Part shown: positions 39,509-49,306 of the stretch, piece by piece
Numbering within the stretch: position 1 is the stretch's first letter
Layout of the letters: every line of letters begins with the position of its first letter
Source of the DNA: Chthoniobacterales bacterium
Lineage (GTDB): Bacteria; Verrucomicrobiota; Verrucomicrobiia; Chthoniobacterales; Chthoniobacteraceae
DNA length: 64,000 nucleotides
Direction: 5' to 3'
Assembly (NCBI GenBank): GCA_038207335.1
Contig: JBBQZX010000007.1
Location: forward strand, 96,001 to 160,000
Notes under the pieces: generated by a model
Seen by the model: the letters and a program-made list of their open reading frames with translations, nothing else
Database searches by the model: none
What the model was told of the DNA's origin: nothing
Made by a program: the position numbers and the translations under genes

Positions 39509-40825
39509 ATGCAAACCAAACGCACATTCATCAAGACCGCCGTCGCCGCCGCACTCGGCTTTCCCGCGATCCTGCGCGGGCAAAATCTCAACTCCCGGCT
39601 CCATGTCGCCGTCGTCGGCGCGAATGGCCAGGGCTTCTACGACCTCAGCCAAATCGGCTCCCATCCGCGCGTCGAATTCGTGGGTTTCTGCGATGTGGAT
39701 ACGTCGCGGCTCGGCAAGGCGAACGAACGGTTTCCCGGCGTCGCGCAGTTCCAGGATTTTCGCGCAATGTTCACGAAGCTCGGCGACGGCTTCGACGCCT
39801 TGCAGGTCTCCACACCCGACCACACCCATGCCGTGATCGCCCTCGATGCCATGCGCCGCGGCAAGCACGTCTATTGCCAAAAGCCACTCACCCACACGGT
39901 CTGGGAAGCCCGGCAGATGCGCGTCCAGGCGGCGAAGTCACGGGTCGTCACGCAGATGGGCAACCAGATTCATTCGCACGAGACCTACCGCACCGCCGTG
40001 CAGCTCCTCCGCGACGGCGTCATCGGGAAAATCACCGCCGTCCATTCTTGGCAGGCAAACCACGGAAACGGCTACACGAAGCTCACCGCTCCGCCTCCCG
40101 GCGGCCCCATCCCGGCGACGCTCCAGTGGGATTGGTGGCTCGGTGGCGCACCGCAGCGCGAGTATGCGCCGGAGGTCTATCACCCCTTCAACTGGCGCGA
40201 CTGGCAGGACTTCGGCAGCGGCACGCTCGGCGATTTCGGATGCCACATCCTCGACCCCGTTTTCACCGCGCTCGCCCTCACCGCGCCGCTTTCGATCCGA
40301 GCCGAAAACGACGGCCTCAACCCGCAGACGTGGCCCTCCGCCGAGACCATCGCTTACCTTTTCCCCGGCACCGAATGGACTGCCGCCAAGACCCTCCCGC
40401 TCACCTGGCACGACGGTGGCCGGCAGCCCGCGCTGGAACTCTCGCAAATGCCCGCCGGAACTGAACTGCCAAAGTCCGGCTCACTTTTTCTCGGAGAAAA
40501 TGGCACGCTCGTCCTGCCGCACTTCGCGATGCCGCAGCTGTATCCGGTGGAGAAATTCGCGACTTTCGAGATCAAGAAAGCGCTCGCTGCGAACCACTAC
40601 CACGACTGGGTCGATGCCGCGCTTGGCGGAGCCGCCACGACAGATGGCTTCGACTACGCCGGCCCGCTGACCGAGACCGTGCAGCTCGGAAATGTGGCCA
40701 CCCGATTCCCCGGCGTGGAGCTGGCTTGGGATGCCGCAGCCATTCGCTTCCCCGGCCATCCCGAAGCCGAAGCGCTGCTCACCACGCGCTATCGCGACGG
40801 CTGGCAAATCGAGCCCGTCGCATGA
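39509..40825 (+). CDS. Gfo/Idh/MocA family oxidoreductase with Tat-like signal
   Basis: KRTFIK signal, TPDHTHA, KHVYCQKPL, TQMGNQ, GDFGCHILD. Confidence 0.92.
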   Translation: MQTKRTFIKTAVAAALGFPAILRGQNLNSRLHVAVVGANGQGFYDLSQIGSHPRVEFVGFCDVDTSRLGKANERFPGVAQFQDFRAMFTKLGDGFDALQVSTPDHTHAVIALDAMRRGKHVYCQKPLTHTVWEARQMRVQAAKSRVVTQMGNQIHSHETYRTAVQLLRDGVIGKITAVHSWQANHGNGYTKLTAPPPGGPIPATLQWDWWLGGAPQREYAPEVYHPFNWRDWQDFGSGTLGDFGCHILDPVFTALALTAPLSIRAENDGLNPQTWPSAETIAYLFPGTEWTAAKTLPLTWHDGGRQPALELSQMPAGTELPKSGSLFLGENGTLVLPHFAMPQLYPVEKFATFEIKKALAANHYHDWVDAALGGAATTDGFDYAGPLTETVQLGNVATRFPGVELAWDAAAIRFPGHPEAEALLTTRYRDGWQIEPVA

Positions 40826-40932
40826 ACCCACACTCCGGGACCTAGTGATATTCTAACTCAACCCGTCCTCACCAGGCCATAAGCGGGGAATCTGTTGCTC
40901 GGCTGGGGGCTATATCCTATCATGCGCGGCTT

Positions 40933-43212
40933 ATGAAACCGCTTCCGCGCGCTCCACTTCCCTCCCGGCGACCTCCGAAAGGTTTGAAGCAGACGAGGCT
41001 CGCCGCACCGAAGCAGCGGGTGATTTTGCCACAGGTGGCACCCTCCACCGGAGGCCGCTGGTGGTTGATTTTGCCAGGGGTCGCCGTGGTCGCGCTGGTA
41101 GTGTTCTTTGCTAAAACGAAGCAGGACGGGGCGCAGAATCAGGGACGGGAATTTCCGACGCCGGAAACTGCGGATGCGCCACGTTCGGCGAGAGATTTGG
41201 CGGCGACGATGACGAAAAACGAGGCTGAGTCGGCAGCCGAGAGCGCGGCGATGGCTGAGACTGCTCCGATGCCGGCCACACCGCCGATGCCGACACCCGC
41301 TGCCAAGCCGATGACACCTGCCGCACCGATGGCGGTAGCTGCGGCGGCGCCCTCGGACACTTATCCGGGGGTCCCGGCTTTTACACTTTCGACGGCAACG
41401 CTCGCGGGGGATCCCGACCGTCAGAAGCTGTTGCTCGGGGCGAGTTGGGCATCTTCCACTGGCGACTGGGATCGGCATCTGACGGAGCTGAGCGGCTCGA
41501 TCGCCCAAGCGGCGGCACGCGGCCCGTGGCAGCAGCACTCGGGGAATCTGAGCGCGATTTTGGCGCAGCCGAATCCGTCGCTGGCGCTGGAACAGGCGAA
41601 ATTCATCCGGGCGGTGGGGGTCTCGACGTTGAAGAAGTTCGGGAGCGATTCCGCGAACTGGGATTTTCTCGACTGGCTCTTCGCGCGCGGCTCGGTGCTG
41701 GCGGCGTTCAATGCGACGATCCAGCCGCAGGACAAGACGGAAAATGCGTTGCTCCAGTGGCGGATCATCTGGGCGGATGACGAGGAGAACCGGGAGAGTC
41801 TCTCGAGCCTCGCGATCGCCTGCGCGCTGGTCTTCGACGAGCCGATCAAGATCAACCGGGATATCTACGGCTTTGTGAAAAATGCCGATCCGTACGCGAC
41901 GAACACGGAGACGCCGAGCGGGCCGACGGAGGCGACGGCGCTGGCGCGGTATCGCTTTTATCGCGACTGCGTGAAGAAGGGCTCCATCCGCGTGCCGCTG
42001 GGGCAGATGATGCCATGGGAGCTGGTGTGGGTGGTGGATGCGCCAATGCCGGAGAGCGAGCTGGTGTGGGCGCAGAAGCATGTGAATTACTCGCGGCGCG
42101 ACTGGGGGAAGGCTTACGGGCACATCCGCTATCGGATGGATCGGGCTACGCAGGGGGTGAATCCTTACAAGGCTTACACGCTCGCGGAGATCGAGAAGGA
42201 AGGCGGCATCTGCGGCGACCAGGCGTATTTCGCGACGATGACTGCAAAGGCGAATGGCATCCCGGCGATGATCATCGGCGGCGAGGGCGACCGCGGGGGA
42301 CATGCGTGGTTCGGGTATGAAATCGCGCGCAACGACTGGAATCTAAACACAGGGCGGTATGCGGATAATTACGCGGCGGGAACGACGCGCGATCCGCAGA
42401 CGGGGCGGACGATCAAAGAGCACGAACTCCGACAGCGCACTGACCCGGCGCGGCGGACGGCGGGCTACGAGCAGAGCGAGCGGATGCTCTCGCTTTCGGC
42501 GCTGCTGGCGAGCCTGGGCAAAAACGATCTCGCCGCGCTCGGCTACGATGCCGCGCTGCGGGCCGCTCCGAAGAATTACGTGGCGTGGACCGCGAAGCTC
42601 GACGCGCTGGCCGCGACGAAAGCGCCCACCGACGAGTGGCTGCGCGAGAGCGCACGGATGCGGACGACGTTCCGCGAATACTCCGACCTAGTGCAGGAGA
42701 TCGACAAGCGCGAGGTGGCTTACACTTCCACGCACGAAGACCCGGCGGCAGCACGTGACCTCCTCCACCGCCAGACGGCGCGCATGGAGCGCAAGGACAG
42801 CGAGCGCACGGACCTGATCCTCGACAGCATCTTCCGCGAAGCCGACCTCGCCGTGAAATCCGGCGACACGCAGGGCGCCGCGCGCATCTATCGCGACGCG
42901 CTGAATGACAAAGGCACGGAGGTCGTCGCTTTCAAAAAAATCTCGGGCCGCTACTACGACTGGGCAAAGGCGAACTCCGCCGGGCCGGATACCGTGCGCA
43001 AGCTGGTGAGCTTTTTCGACCGCAAGCACCCTGAGCCCACCAGCGATGTATTTGCAATCGGCGCGTATCGCGGCGTGCTGGCATCGCTCTCCGGCATGGC
43101 GAAAGAGCAAGGTCTCGAGTCGCAGCAGCGTCAGCTCGACCGGCGCGAGGAGAAGTTAAAAGAGCTCCAAGACAAGCTCGGCAAAGCCGCGAGCAAAGGC
43201 GCGGGGCGCTAA
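40933..43212 (+). CDS. Membrane-anchored hypothetical protein with transglutaminase-like core
   Basis: N-terminal TM, Pro/Ala linker, GGICGDQA..GIPA..GHAWFGY Cys/His motifs, helical C-terminus. Confidence 0.75.
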   Translation: MKPLPRAPLPSRRPPKGLKQTRLAAPKQRVILPQVAPSTGGRWWLILPGVAVVALVVFFAKTKQDGAQNQGREFPTPETADAPRSARDLAATMTKNEAESAAESAAMAETAPMPATPPMPTPAAKPMTPAAPMAVAAAAPSDTYPGVPAFTLSTATLAGDPDRQKLLLGASWASSTGDWDRHLTELSGSIAQAAARGPWQQHSGNLSAILAQPNPSLALEQAKFIRAVGVSTLKKFGSDSANWDFLDWLFARGSVLAAFNATIQPQDKTENALLQWRIIWADDEENRESLSSLAIACALVFDEPIKINRDIYGFVKNADPYATNTETPSGPTEATALARYRFYRDCVKKGSIRVPLGQMMPWELVWVVDAPMPESELVWAQKHVNYSRRDWGKAYGHIRYRMDRATQGVNPYKAYTLAEIEKEGGICGDQAYFATMTAKANGIPAMIIGGEGDRGGHAWFGYEIARNDWNLNTGRYADNYAAGTTRDPQTGRTIKEHELRQRTDPARRTAGYEQSERMLSLSALLASLGKNDLAALGYDAALRAAPKNYVAWTAKLDALAATKAPTDEWLRESARMRTTFREYSDLVQEIDKREVAYTSTHEDPAAARDLLHRQTARMERKDSERTDLILDSIFREADLAVKSGDTQGAARIYRDALNDKGTEVVAFKKISGRYYDWAKANSAGPDTVRKLVSFFDRKHPEPTSDVFAIGAYRGVLASLSGMAKEQGLESQQRQLDRREEKLKELQDKLGKAASKGAGR

Positions 43213-43229
43213 GTCGGGAAACGTGCTAG

Positions 43230-44579
43230 CTAGCTGCGCCGCCGACGGCGGAGCAGGGCGGGAATGCCGAAGGCGAGCAGGCCGAACATCGAGGGCTCAG
43301 GAACGAGCTGGATGCCACCGTTTGCGGTGTCCCCGATGAGGTGCAAGTTGGCGTCCGCTCGGTCGGTGATGACGCCTTGTCCCGCGTAGAGTTCCGTGAA
43401 GGCGCCGCCTGCACGCTCGAAGAAGATATACTGAAGCTGGTAGTCGCCCGGCAGAAGGTGCGTCACGCCGAGCGTGTTGGAATCGCCGGTCGGCGTTTCG
43501 AACTGCAGCGTGTCGCCCGCCGCGGAGCCGTTGGTCTTGGAGATGAAATTCGCGCCGAGGATTCGGAGGGATGAGCCATCGTCGCCGGAGAAGCCGAACG
43601 TGTAATCGGACTCCAGCGTGATGCGGATGGTGGCGGTGGCGAGCAGCGAGAAATCGTCGTCGGCTCCAGCGGTATCGCCGGGAAAAACATTCCGGCCGGC
43701 AGAGCCGAATTTTCCTTCTCCACCGGCATCCTGCGGGTCTTTGAAATTGATCGTCGAGAACGAACCCGAATTGCGCGTTCCGCCGCTGCCGCGCAGAACG
43801 GCTTGGGCGTCGCGAACATTGTTCAGCGTGCCTGCGCCCCGCACCACCGTCACGTCGAAGAGCCCGGTGCTCCCCGGCCCCGTGCCGCCGAGAAACGATG
43901 GCTTCGACGGCAAGTTAAGGTTGTATTCGACGAGATATTGATGAGTCAGAGTCGAGTTGCTCGGCCCGCCGTTGTCATTCCACGAACCGCTGTTGGTGAG
44001 TTCCACCGCGTTCTCACCCGTCGAAAAGTTATTCGGCTCACCGCCACCCCAATTTTGATAGGTGAAAGGATCGCCGGACTGCCACTTGAAACCAAAACCG
44101 CGTTGACCCGCGACGGGCTCCTGTCCGGCTGCCGGGAGCGGATTGCCGCTTGTATTTCCAGCCTCGCTTGCACCAGGAACTAGTGCCGGGTCGTCCGTGA
44201 GACCGAGCCACGCGGCGTTTCCCCCGAAGTTCACGCCGCGGGCGGTGTTGAGAATCGCATTCTGCTCCCCGCTGCGAATCGTCATCACATGACCCGTGAC
44301 CCCCGCATTTGCGCCTACGGATTCAGCGCCGGGAAAAGTGCGTCCCGCAGCGGTCGAAAACGCCACGTCCTGCGTCACCGCGCCGGTTTCGATTTCGTAC
44401 GCGTTGTAGCCGCCGAGGCCATTCGGAAGAAAAAAGATCGGTCCCGCGACTGCGGAAGCGGTACACATGCCCGCGAGCGCCAGCGCCCCGAAACTGAGCT
44501 TTTGCGCCGCAGACCACGCATGCTTGGCGACGATCGGAGATTTACGTACTGAACGATCGAGTGGGGGAAGGATGTCCAT
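43230..44579 (-). CDS. PEP-CTERM protein with C-type lectin and PA14-like domains
   Basis: VPEPS-TM-RRRRRS sorting signal; WLGLTD, NWGGGEPNN, WND lectin motifs; FGFSGDDGS. Confidence 0.9.
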   Translation of the reverse strand: MDILPPLDRSVRKSPIVAKHAWSAAQKLSFGALALAGMCTASAVAGPIFFLPNGLGGYNAYEIETGAVTQDVAFSTAAGRTFPGAESVGANAGVTGHVMTIRSGEQNAILNTARGVNFGGNAAWLGLTDDPALVPGASEAGNTSGNPLPAAGQEPVAGQRGFGFKWQSGDPFTYQNWGGGEPNNFSTGENAVELTNSGSWNDNGGPSNSTLTHQYLVEYNLNLPSKPSFLGGTGPGSTGLFDVTVVRGAGTLNNVRDAQAVLRGSGGTRNSGSFSTINFKDPQDAGGEGKFGSAGRNVFPGDTAGADDDFSLLATATIRITLESDYTFGFSGDDGSSLRILGANFISKTNGSAAGDTLQFETPTGDSNTLGVTHLLPGDYQLQYIFFERAGGAFTELYAGQGVITDRADANLHLIGDTANGGIQLVPEPSMFGLLAFGIPALLRRRRRS

Positions 44580-44706
44580 GGGAGCGACCGTTAGCGAAAA
44601 AGAATGTGGCCTTCAAGCGCGTTGCGCGTTTTTCTATCCCGCAAATCCACAAGTTCACCGCTGCCGGCTGGCGCGTGCTGCGACGCTGCGATACGCTCGC
44701 CCGCAA

Positions 44707-45012
44707 ATGCGACGAAAGCTGAAGCTCTGGGTGCGCGCCTGCGCGCTGGCGATCCTGCGCCGGTGCGGTACGGAGGTGGTGGACCGGCGAACGGGAGAAC
44801 GGGCGGGAAGAGCGTTTTTTATCGGCTGGGGCGGGCGCGTGCTGGCGATCGGCTTGGAAAATGAGCCGCCGCTTCAGCCGATATTTCTGCCTCAGGAGAG
44901 GCTGACTTTTTGGAAACAAGAGATCGGATTCGAAAGCCCGCCGCCTCCCGATTTTCCTCATATCGCGCCGCATGACGCTGAATCTTCTCCTGACGCATCA
45001 GAATCCCGCTGA
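44707..45012 (+). CDS. Hypothetical protein
   Basis: ATG 44707, 101 aa, overlaps the next gene. Confidence 0.55.
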   Translation: MRRKLKLWVRACALAILRRCGTEVVDRRTGERAGRAFFIGWGGRVLAIGLENEPPLQPIFLPQERLTFWKQEIGFESPPPPDFPHIAPHDAESSPDASESR

Positions 45013-45700
45013 AGTCGCGGCGATGCTCGCGGCATGGGCGGAGTGCGTGCCGATCGATTCGCTTTTCGTCGCGTACGGCGGGAGGCGCGAGGCGTTTGAA
45101 AAGATCGCGCATCCGCACAAGGCGCTCATCGATTCACCGCGACTGAGGACGCGGGATCATCAGCGAGAGAAGCAGAGTTACGCGGAAGTCTTCGCGACGG
45201 CGTGCGAGTGGATGCGCGGTCGGACGTTCGCTCACGTCCACTTCGCGGAATACGACCACGTGCCGCTCGTGCCGGATTTGAATGCGCGACAGGCGGCTTT
45301 TCTGGCGGAGGAAAACGCGGATGTGCTCGGCTTTCGGCTTCGCCGCGTGGATGGGACGAACTACCCAAATTATCTCTACCACGCCGCGGACCCCAGGTTT
45401 CATCGGCATTGGGAGGCGATAAGCTGCCGCGAGGATCGCCGCGCGGTGCTGCGGTTCACGGGCACGGGTTCGTTTTGGACGCGCGCGGCTTTCGATATGG
45501 TGGCGTCACGCGCCGAGCCTTTTCCGATCTATGTGGAGCTACTGCTGCCTACGCTCGCGCATCATCTCGGCTACCGCGTGCGGGATTGGGGCGCGCAGAA
45601 TCGCTGGGTGCATCACCTCGGGGATTTCACCGCCGAGATGGATGCGGCGCGGCGCGATGGAGCGTGGACGCTGCATCCGGTGAAGGGGCTTTGGGCCTAA
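44972..45700 (+). CDS. Hypothetical protein, possible GT-A-like glycosyltransferase
   Basis: HFAEYD (DxD-like), ELLLPTLAHHLG and C-terminal HPVK. Confidence 0.6.
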   Translation: MTLNLLLTHQNPAEVAAMLAAWAECVPIDSLFVAYGGRREAFEKIAHPHKALIDSPRLRTRDHQREKQSYAEVFATACEWMRGRTFAHVHFAEYDHVPLVPDLNARQAAFLAEENADVLGFRLRRVDGTNYPNYLYHAADPRFHRHWEAISCREDRRAVLRFTGTGSFWTRAAFDMVASRAEPFPIYVELLLPTLAHHLGYRVRDWGAQNRWVHHLGDFTAEMDAARRDGAWTLHPVKGLWA

Positions 45701-45819
45701 AAGTCTGGAGCCAAGAGGTCGTCGTCCTCGCTCGCGCGCGAATCTCACTCACTGCCGCCTTGACGCTTCGCTAGTCACACTCTTAATTCCCGCGCCTTTT
45801 GCCCACCCCGTCAATTCCA

Positions 45820-46422
45820 ATGCTAAAACTCGGACCCATTTTCATCCTGCTCGCCGCGCTGTTCGCAGCGGGTTGTGCATCGCGCGATCCGCGATTCAGC
45901 GACGAGACGGTTTATCTCGGTGGCTTCAAGAGCCGCAATCAACCCGAGAAGCGCGCGAATTACGACGACGTGTCTTATTGGGACGGCGATCACGTCGCGG
46001 GCTCGCCCTCGGTCCGCATCAGCATAGGCGAGCAGCGCGCTTACTTTTACAAAGGTGGCGAACTCGTCGGCATCTCCGTGCTCTCGACCGGACGCGAGGG
46101 GCACGACACGCCGCTCGGCAACTACAAGTTCCAGCAAAAAGACATCAACCACGTCTCTTCGCTCTACGGCGATTACATCGATCGGCAGGGGAACGTGATT
46201 CAAAAAGACATAGATACAAGCAAGGACCCGCGCCCGCCCGGCGCGATCTACGACGGGGCAAGGATGCCTTTCTTCATGCGCATCACCGGCGGAGTCGGGA
46301 TGCACGAGGGCTTCCTGCCGGGCTATCCCGCCTCGCACGGCTGCATTCGGATGCCAGGCTTCATGGCGAAGAAGTTTTTTGAGAACGTCTCCGTCGGCAC
46401 TCCGGTGGCGATCGTTCCGTAA
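45820..46422 (+). CDS. L,D-transpeptidase (YkuD) lipoprotein
   Basis: Lipobox AAGC; STGREG..TP.G; MHEG..ASHGCIRM. Confidence 0.92.
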   Translation: MLKLGPIFILLAALFAAGCASRDPRFSDETVYLGGFKSRNQPEKRANYDDVSYWDGDHVAGSPSVRISIGEQRAYFYKGGELVGISVLSTGREGHDTPLGNYKFQQKDINHVSSLYGDYIDRQGNVIQKDIDTSKDPRPPGAIYDGARMPFFMRITGGVGMHEGFLPGYPASHGCIRMPGFMAKKFFENVSVGTPVAIVP

Positions 46423-46465
46423 TCTCTACCGCTTCCTCCAAGCGGAGCCCCAGCCACACCGCTCC

Positions 46466-46795
46466 GTGCCAGTCCCCGAAATCTCCGTCCAAGCCGCCAG
46501 CGAGCTTTTGAAAAGTGCCGCACCTCCGCGGCTCATCGATGTGCGGGAGCCAGACGAATGGCAACTCTGCCGAATCGCCGGCGCGGAGCTGCTGCCGCTC
46601 TCGCAGTGGCCGGCTGTGGCGGGTGAAAAGCTCACTGACCCGGCGCAACCGATCATCGTCCATTGCCACCACGGTGGGCGCTCGGCGCGTGCGGCGGACT
46701 TCCTGATCCAGAGCGGTTTTGCAGACGTGAAAAATCTCACTGGCGGGATCGACGCGTGGTCCGCGGAAATCGATCCGGCAGTGCCGCGATATTGA
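46466..46795 (+). CDS. Rhodanese-like domain protein
   Basis: LIDVREPDEW, CHHGGRS, NLTGGIDAWS..IDP.VPRY. GTG start assumed. Confidence 0.9.
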   Translation: MPVPEISVQAASELLKSAAPPRLIDVREPDEWQLCRIAGAELLPLSQWPAVAGEKLTDPAQPIIVHCHHGGRSARAADFLIQSGFADVKNLTGGIDAWSAEIDPAVPRY

Positions 46796-46817
46796 TCCCA
46801 AGACCGCTCCGGCTCGA

Positions 46818-47543
46818 TCACACCTGCGCCGTGTAGAGCGAGACGATGCCGCCGGTGAGCGGCTCTGAGGTCGCGGAAGAAAACCCAGCCTGCTCCAAAA
46901 GCGCGCACATTTCCGCACCATGCGGGAAACTCTCGATCGAATCGCCGAGATAATCGTAGGCCGATTTCTCGCCCGTGAGCAGCGCAGCGAGCCGCGGCAG
47001 GAGGTGGTGCAGGTAGGGCCGGTAGAGCCAGCGCAGCGGCGGCGACGGGACCGAAAAATCAAGCACGAGCAGGTGCCCTCCCGGCGCCAGGACACGTCGC
47101 ATTTCGCCGAGCGCGATTGGCCACGAGGCCATGTTGCGCAGCCCAAAGGCTACCGTGACGACATCGAACGCTTCGTCCAAAAACGGCAGCGCGAGCGCGT
47201 CGGCCACCACGAGATCGCGCACGCCTTTGCGCTGCGCCTCACGCAGCATCGGCTCGCAGAAATCGGCACCAATCACGCGCGCTTTGAGACATGCCGCGGT
47301 GAGCGTGAGCGCTAGATCGCCACTGCCGGTCGCGAGATCGAGGATGCGAGCGGGTCGCCAGTCGCGCACGATGCGGGCCGCGCGGCGCCTCCAGAAAAAG
47401 TCGAGTCCACCGCTCAGCAGATGATTCGCGAGGTCGTAGCGTTGTGCGATCGTCACGAACATCCGCTGGACGCGGCGCGCTTTGTCCCCGAATGGAGAAT
47501 CTGTTGGAGCCGATTGGGCCTCTTTGGACACTGAAATAGGCAT
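46818..47543 (-). CDS. menG: Demethylmenaquinone methyltransferase (UbiE/MenG)
   Basis: RYDLANHLLS, LDLATGSGD, AFGLRN, AYDYL..SI..FP motifs. Confidence 0.9.
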   Translation of the reverse strand: MPISVSKEAQSAPTDSPFGDKARRVQRMFVTIAQRYDLANHLLSGGLDFFWRRRAARIVRDWRPARILDLATGSGDLALTLTAACLKARVIGADFCEPMLREAQRKGVRDLVVADALALPFLDEAFDVVTVAFGLRNMASWPIALGEMRRVLAPGGHLLVLDFSVPSPPLRWLYRPYLHHLLPRLAALLTGEKSAYDYLGDSIESFPHGAEMCALLEQAGFSSATSEPLTGGIVSLYTAQV

Positions 47544-47599
47544 ACCATTTGCTCTTGTCCTCTGTCCAATTTTCTCCTAGAGAATCGGACCCGTCTCGC

Positions 47600-49225
47600 A
47601 TGTTCCAAGACCTTTTCAGCCGCGCGAAAATCCTGATCGTCGATGATGAACCGTCGAACGTGCGCCTGCTTGAGCGCATCCTGGAGATGCACGGGGCGAC
47701 GCATCTCCACGCCACGACCGACGCGCGCCAGGCGCTCCCGCTTTTCCTCGAATATGAGCCAGACCTCGTGCTGCTCGACCTGCACATGCCGCACGTCAGC
47801 GGGTTTGAAGTGATCGAGCAGCTCCGCCGCGCGCGGCCCGATGGCGACCATCCACCCATTCTCGTCCTCACCGCCGACATCACCGTTGAGACGAAGCGAA
47901 AGGCCCTGTCCTGCGGCGCACAGGATTTCGTCATCAAGCCGCTCGACCATCTCGAGGTTGTCCTGCGGATTAAGAATCTCATCGAGAACCGCTTTCTGCG
48001 GGTGGAGTTGCAGAAGCAAAATTGCTCGCTCGAGCAACAAGTCGCCGAGCGCACAGCCCAGCTCGGCGACACGCTCGAGCAGCTCCGCGCCACGCAGGAA
48101 AACATCGTGCGGCAGGAGCGCCTGAGCGCACTTGGGATGATGGCCGGCGGCATCGCGCACGATTTCAACAACGCTCTCACCATGATGCTCGGATACGGCG
48201 AACTGCTCCTCCCATTCATGGAGGAAAGTGCACCGCCTCGAGAGATCGGCTTCCTGCGAAATGTCATCAATGCCGCCAATGATGCGGCGCACGTCGTGAG
48301 CCGATTGCGCGATTTTTACCGACCCGCCGGCGGCGACGAAATCCGGCTCGCCGTGGACCTCAACGCGCTCGTGAACGAGATCGTCTCGCTCACCATACCG
48401 AAGTGGAAAGGCCGCAGCCGTGCCGATGGCGTCCAAATCACCGTCGACACCGACCTGGGCTCAGTGCCGGAAATCGCGGGAAACGCCGCGGAGCTGCGCG
48501 AGGTGATGACGAATTTGATTTTCAACGCCGTCGATGCAATGCCCGGCGGAGGCGGGATTCGGATCGGCACCGCGCGACGGGGCGACGGTGTCGCGGTTTC
48601 CGTAAGCGACACGGGCATCGGAATGTCCGAGGCCGAAAAGGAGCGCTGCCTGGAGCCATTTTTCACCACCAAAGGAGAGCGCGGCACCGGGCTCGGGCTG
48701 TCGGTCGTTTATGGCATCGTCCAGCGGCACGGAGGAGGGATCGAGATCGAGACTGAGGAGGGGCGCGGCACGACTTTCATCATCTCCCTTCCCATCGAGA
48801 CACCCCGCGCGGCGGAGGAACCACCGTCTTTTGCGGAATTCGATCGGCAGCTGAAAATCCTCGTCGTCGATGACCAGGAAATCATTTGCGAGTTGATCAC
48901 AGAGCATTTGAAAGTGGACGGCCACGATCTCGCCGTGGCGTTCGACGGAAACTCCGCGCTCGAAGCCTTTCGCACATCGCATTTTGACCTCGTCATCACG
49001 GACCAATCGATGCCCGGCATGAACGGCGAGCAACTCGCCGCCGCGATCGGCATCCTGGCACCAGACACCGCGATCATCCTGCTCACCGGGTTCGCCGAAG
49101 AAATGCACGCGGCTGGAAATCTTCCGCCCGACATCGATCTGGTTGTCGGCAAACCGATCAGTGCTGCTGCGCTGCGAAGTGCGATCCGCGAGGTGATGAC
49201 CGGCAGCCCGCTGATGACCTGCTGA
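47600..49225 (+). CDS. Hybrid sensor: REC-HisKA-HATPase-REC
   Basis: ILIVDD..LLDLHMP; GIAHDFNN; NLIFNAVDAM, DTGIG, FFTTK, GTGLGL; C-terminal REC domain. Confidence 0.93.
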   Translation: MFQDLFSRAKILIVDDEPSNVRLLERILEMHGATHLHATTDARQALPLFLEYEPDLVLLDLHMPHVSGFEVIEQLRRARPDGDHPPILVLTADITVETKRKALSCGAQDFVIKPLDHLEVVLRIKNLIENRFLRVELQKQNCSLEQQVAERTAQLGDTLEQLRATQENIVRQERLSALGMMAGGIAHDFNNALTMMLGYGELLLPFMEESAPPREIGFLRNVINAANDAAHVVSRLRDFYRPAGGDEIRLAVDLNALVNEIVSLTIPKWKGRSRADGVQITVDTDLGSVPEIAGNAAELREVMTNLIFNAVDAMPGGGGIRIGTARRGDGVAVSVSDTGIGMSEAEKERCLEPFFTTKGERGTGLGLSVVYGIVQRHGGGIEIETEEGRGTTFIISLPIETPRAAEEPPSFAEFDRQLKILVVDDQEIICELITEHLKVDGHDLAVAFDGNSALEAFRTSHFDLVITDQSMPGMNGEQLAAAIGILAPDTAIILLTGFAEEMHAAGNLPPDIDLVVGKPISAAALRSAIREVMTGSPLMTC

Positions 49226-49306
49226 GTCCGGGCACCACGGTTCTCGGTCCGGCGAATATTCTTCCACTTCGGTCCTTCGCGCCTTCGTGGAAAATTCCCG
49301 CCCGGT

